From Burkholderiaceae bacterium (GTDB lineage Bacteria > Pseudomonadota > Gammaproteobacteria > Burkholderiales > Burkholderiaceae), in contig CANGCM010000002.1 of NCBI GenBank assembly GCA_947452535.1, positions 41,548-105,547 on the forward strand: a DNA stretch of 64,000 nt, read 5' to 3'. A program made the translations under genes and the position numbers. Positions 58,872 to 64,000 of this stretch are shown here, piece after piece (positions within the stretch are counted from its first letter, which is position 1; each line of letters starts with the position of its first letter). A model generated the notes under the pieces. It searched no databases. It was not told the origin of the DNA and saw only the letters and a program-made list of their open reading frames with translations.

Positions 58872-60932
58872 ATGACTAATGTCACCTTAGGCTTGTATTT
58901 TGCCTTGGTATGCGGCGTCCTAGCTGTAGTTTATGGCTTTGTGATGCGCGCCTGGATTTTGAAGCAAAGTACCGGTAATGCAAAAATGGAGGAGATTGCA
59001 GCGGCAATTGAGCAAGGTGCAGCCGCTTATTTATCGCGCCAATATAAAACGATTGCTGTGGTTGGGGTGGTTCTTGCCATTCTGATGGCGCTCTTCTTAG
59101 ACTATGCAACTGCAATCGGCTTTGTAGTGGGTGCGGTCCTCTCTGGTGCTTGTGGCTTTATTGGTATGAATGTTTCAGTCAAGGCTAATGTTCGTACTGC
59201 ACAAGCCGCAACTGTTGGCATGAATGAAGCCTTGAATGTGGCCTTTAAGGGTGGCGCAATCACCGGCATGTTGGTGGTTGGCCTCGGGCTCTTAGGGGTA
59301 GGCTTGTTCTTTATGTTCCTTCTTTCTATTGGATCGGGTCAAGATCTCTCTGCTGTATTGCATCCACTCATTGGTCTGGCATTTGGTTCATCATTAATTT
59401 CGATCTTTGCGCGCCTTGGCGGTGGCATCTTTACTAAAGGCGCAGACGTTGGTGCTGACTTGGTTGGTAAGGTAGAGGCAGGTATTCCGGAAGATGACCC
59501 ACGCAATCCAGCAGTGATCGCTGATAACGTTGGCGATAACGTAGGAGACTGCGCAGGTATGGCTGCCGACCTTTTTGAAACTTATGCCGTGACACTGATT
59601 GCAACGATGGTGCTCGGTTCCTTGGTGATCACTGGTGCGCCAGTAGCTGCCATCATTTATCCATTGGTCTTGGGTGGTGTCTCCATCATTGCCTCTATCA
59701 TCGGCTGCTCTTTTGTAAAAGCAACGCCGGGTATGAAGAATGTGATGCCAGCCTTATATAAGGGATTGATCATTGCCGGTGGACTGTCCTTAATAGCGTT
59801 CTACTTCGTGACTAACTTCATCATGCCTGATGATGCTTTGGGCATTCCGGGTAGTCAGTGGCGTTTATTTGGCTCTACCGTAGTAGGCCTCCTCTTAACT
59901 GCAGGCTTGGTGTGGATAACCGAGTATTACACTGGCACTCAGTTCAAGCCAGTGCAGCATATTGCCGAGGCTTCAACTAAAGGCCATGGCACCAATATCA
60001 TTGCAGGCTTAGGCGTCTCCATGAAGTCCACTGCATACCCTGTCTTGTTTGTATGTGCAGCGATTTTTGCAGCGTACTGGTTGGCTGGTTTGTATGGTAT
60101 TGCAATTGCAGCAACAGCCATGTTGTCGATGGCAGGCATTGTTGTTGCATTGGATGCTTATGGCCCAATTACCGATAACGCTGGCGGCATTGCTGAGATG
60201 GCAGGTTTGCCACAAGCAGTGCGTGATATTACCGATCCATTGGATGCAGTTGGTAATACCACTAAAGCGGTGACTAAAGGCTATGCAATTGGTTCTGCTG
60301 GTTTAGCTTCTCTGGTGCTATTTGCTGATTACACCCATGCACTGGAGGGTATTGGCCAACAAGTTTCCTTTGATTTATCTAATCATATGGTGATTATTGG
60401 TCTCTTTATTGGAGGTATGATTCCTTATTTATTCGGTGCGATGGCGATGGAAGCAGTTGGTCGTTGCGCTGGTGCGGTAGTGGAAGAAGTGCGTCGCCAG
60501 TTTCGCGAGATCCCTGGAATTATGGAAGGCACTGCCAAACCGGAATACGGTAAAGCAGTAGATATGCTCACCTCTGCGGCCATTAAAGAAATGATTATTC
60601 CCTCTCTACTACCGGTGGTAGCGCCGATCGTAGTCGGTCTCTTGCTGGGGCCTGCTGCCTTGGGTGGACTCCTGATGGGTACGATCGTGACTGGTTTATT
60701 TGTGGCAATCTCAATGTGCACTGGCGGTGGGGCTTGGGATAACGCCAAGAAATATATCGAAGAGGGTAACTTCGGCGGTAAAGGTTCTGAGGCGCATAAA
60801 GCAGCGGTGACTGGAGACACTGTAGGCGACCCCTACAAAGATACCGCTGGTCCTGCAGTGAACCCACTCATCAAGATTATTAACATCGTGGCATTGCTCA
60901 TCGTGCCATTGTTACCGGTGATGAGTCGCTAA
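58872..60932 (+). CDS. hppA: Membrane-integral pyrophosphatase, K+-independent H+-pumping type
   Basis: [34 protein letters not shown] (Lys signature of K+-independent enzymes), [19 protein letters not shown]. Confidence 0.93.
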   Translation: MTNVTLGLYFALVCGVLAVVYGFVMRAWILKQSTGNAKMEEIAAAIEQGAAAYLSRQYKTIAVVGVVLAILMALFLDYATAIGFVVGAVLSGACGFIGMNVSVKANVRTAQAATVGMNEALNVAFKGGAITGMLVVGLGLLGVGLFFMFLLSIGSGQDLSAVLHPLIGLAFGSSLISIFARLGGGIFTKGADVGADLVGKVEAGIPEDDPRNPAVIADNVGDNVGDCAGMAADLFETYAVTLIATMVLGSLVITGAPVAAIIYPLVLGGVSIIASIIGCSFVKATPGMKNVMPALYKGLIIAGGLSLIAFYFVTNFIMPDDALGIPGSQWRLFGSTVVGLLLTAGLVWITEYYTGTQFKPVQHIAEASTKGHGTNIIAGLGVSMKSTAYPVLFVCAAIFAAYWLAGLYGIAIAATAMLSMAGIVVALDAYGPITDNAGGIAEMAGLPQAVRDITDPLDAVGNTTKAVTKGYAIGSAGLASLVLFADYTHALEGIGQQVSFDLSNHMVIIGLFIGGMIPYLFGAMAMEAVGRCAGAVVEEVRRQFREIPGIMEGTAKPEYGKAVDMLTSAAIKEMIIPSLLPVVAPIVVGLLLGPAALGGLLMGTIVTGLFVAISMCTGGGAWDNAKKYIEEGNFGGKGSEAHKAAVTGDTVGDPYKDTAGPAVNPLIKIINIVALLIVPLLPVMSR

Positions 60933-60956
60933 TAAGAGCAAGCACAGCAGCAAATT

Positions 60957-60985
60957 AAAACGCCTAGCAATGCTAGGCGTTTTTT
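60957..60985. terminator. Bidirectional intrinsic terminator between hppA and trxB
   Basis: AAAACGCCTAGCA-A-TGCTAGGCGTTTTTT. Confidence 0.9.
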
Positions 60986-61005
60986 ATTACTAATTCAGTG
61001 AATGC

Positions 61006-64000
<2,995 letters not shown>

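Overview
A chromosomal segment of a low-GC (roughly mid-40s % by eye) Burkholderiaceae bacterium. Gene content and order suggest Polynucleobacter (inference). From left to right it carries: a cobalamin-riboswitch-controlled B12 uptake operon (btuBFCD); an oxalate catabolism cluster (Crp/Fnr regulator, oxc, frc, stand-alone PAS protein, a second frc, and a formyltransferase-fold protein); a small AT-rich two-gene islet; housekeeping genes (panC, scpA, metG, fdhD, dcd, Arg/Lys/Orn decarboxylase, TRAP permeases, argH, hemCD, ubiC, DEAD-box helicase, aldehyde dehydrogenase, msrA, pdxH, tcdA, amino-acid permease plus ald, pepN, vapBC, fbp); a cyanophycin locus (two tandem CphA homologues divergent from an ABC exporter and DUF1854); a tctCBA transporter; a DUF2946-DsrE-PCu(A)C copper-related operon; then ilvD, an orphan FixJ-like regulator, a RodZ-like gene, glnB, nadE, ppa, hppA, trxB and a partial ftsK. 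I saw no rRNA, tRNA, CRISPR, IS or phage. Best candidate novel systems: (1) an ALDH1L1-hydrolase-like formyltransferase coupled to frc, which may move formyl from formyl-CoA directly to THF; (2) a 'split' cyanophycin synthetase pair with complementary loss of active-site motifs, next to an exporter; (3) a copper-responsive DUF2946 leader with a variant arrest motif and an anti-SD; (4) a repeated TAnnnT-N6-ATG geometry suggesting widespread leaderless mRNAs. All family assignments rest on motif recognition by eye; no searches were run.
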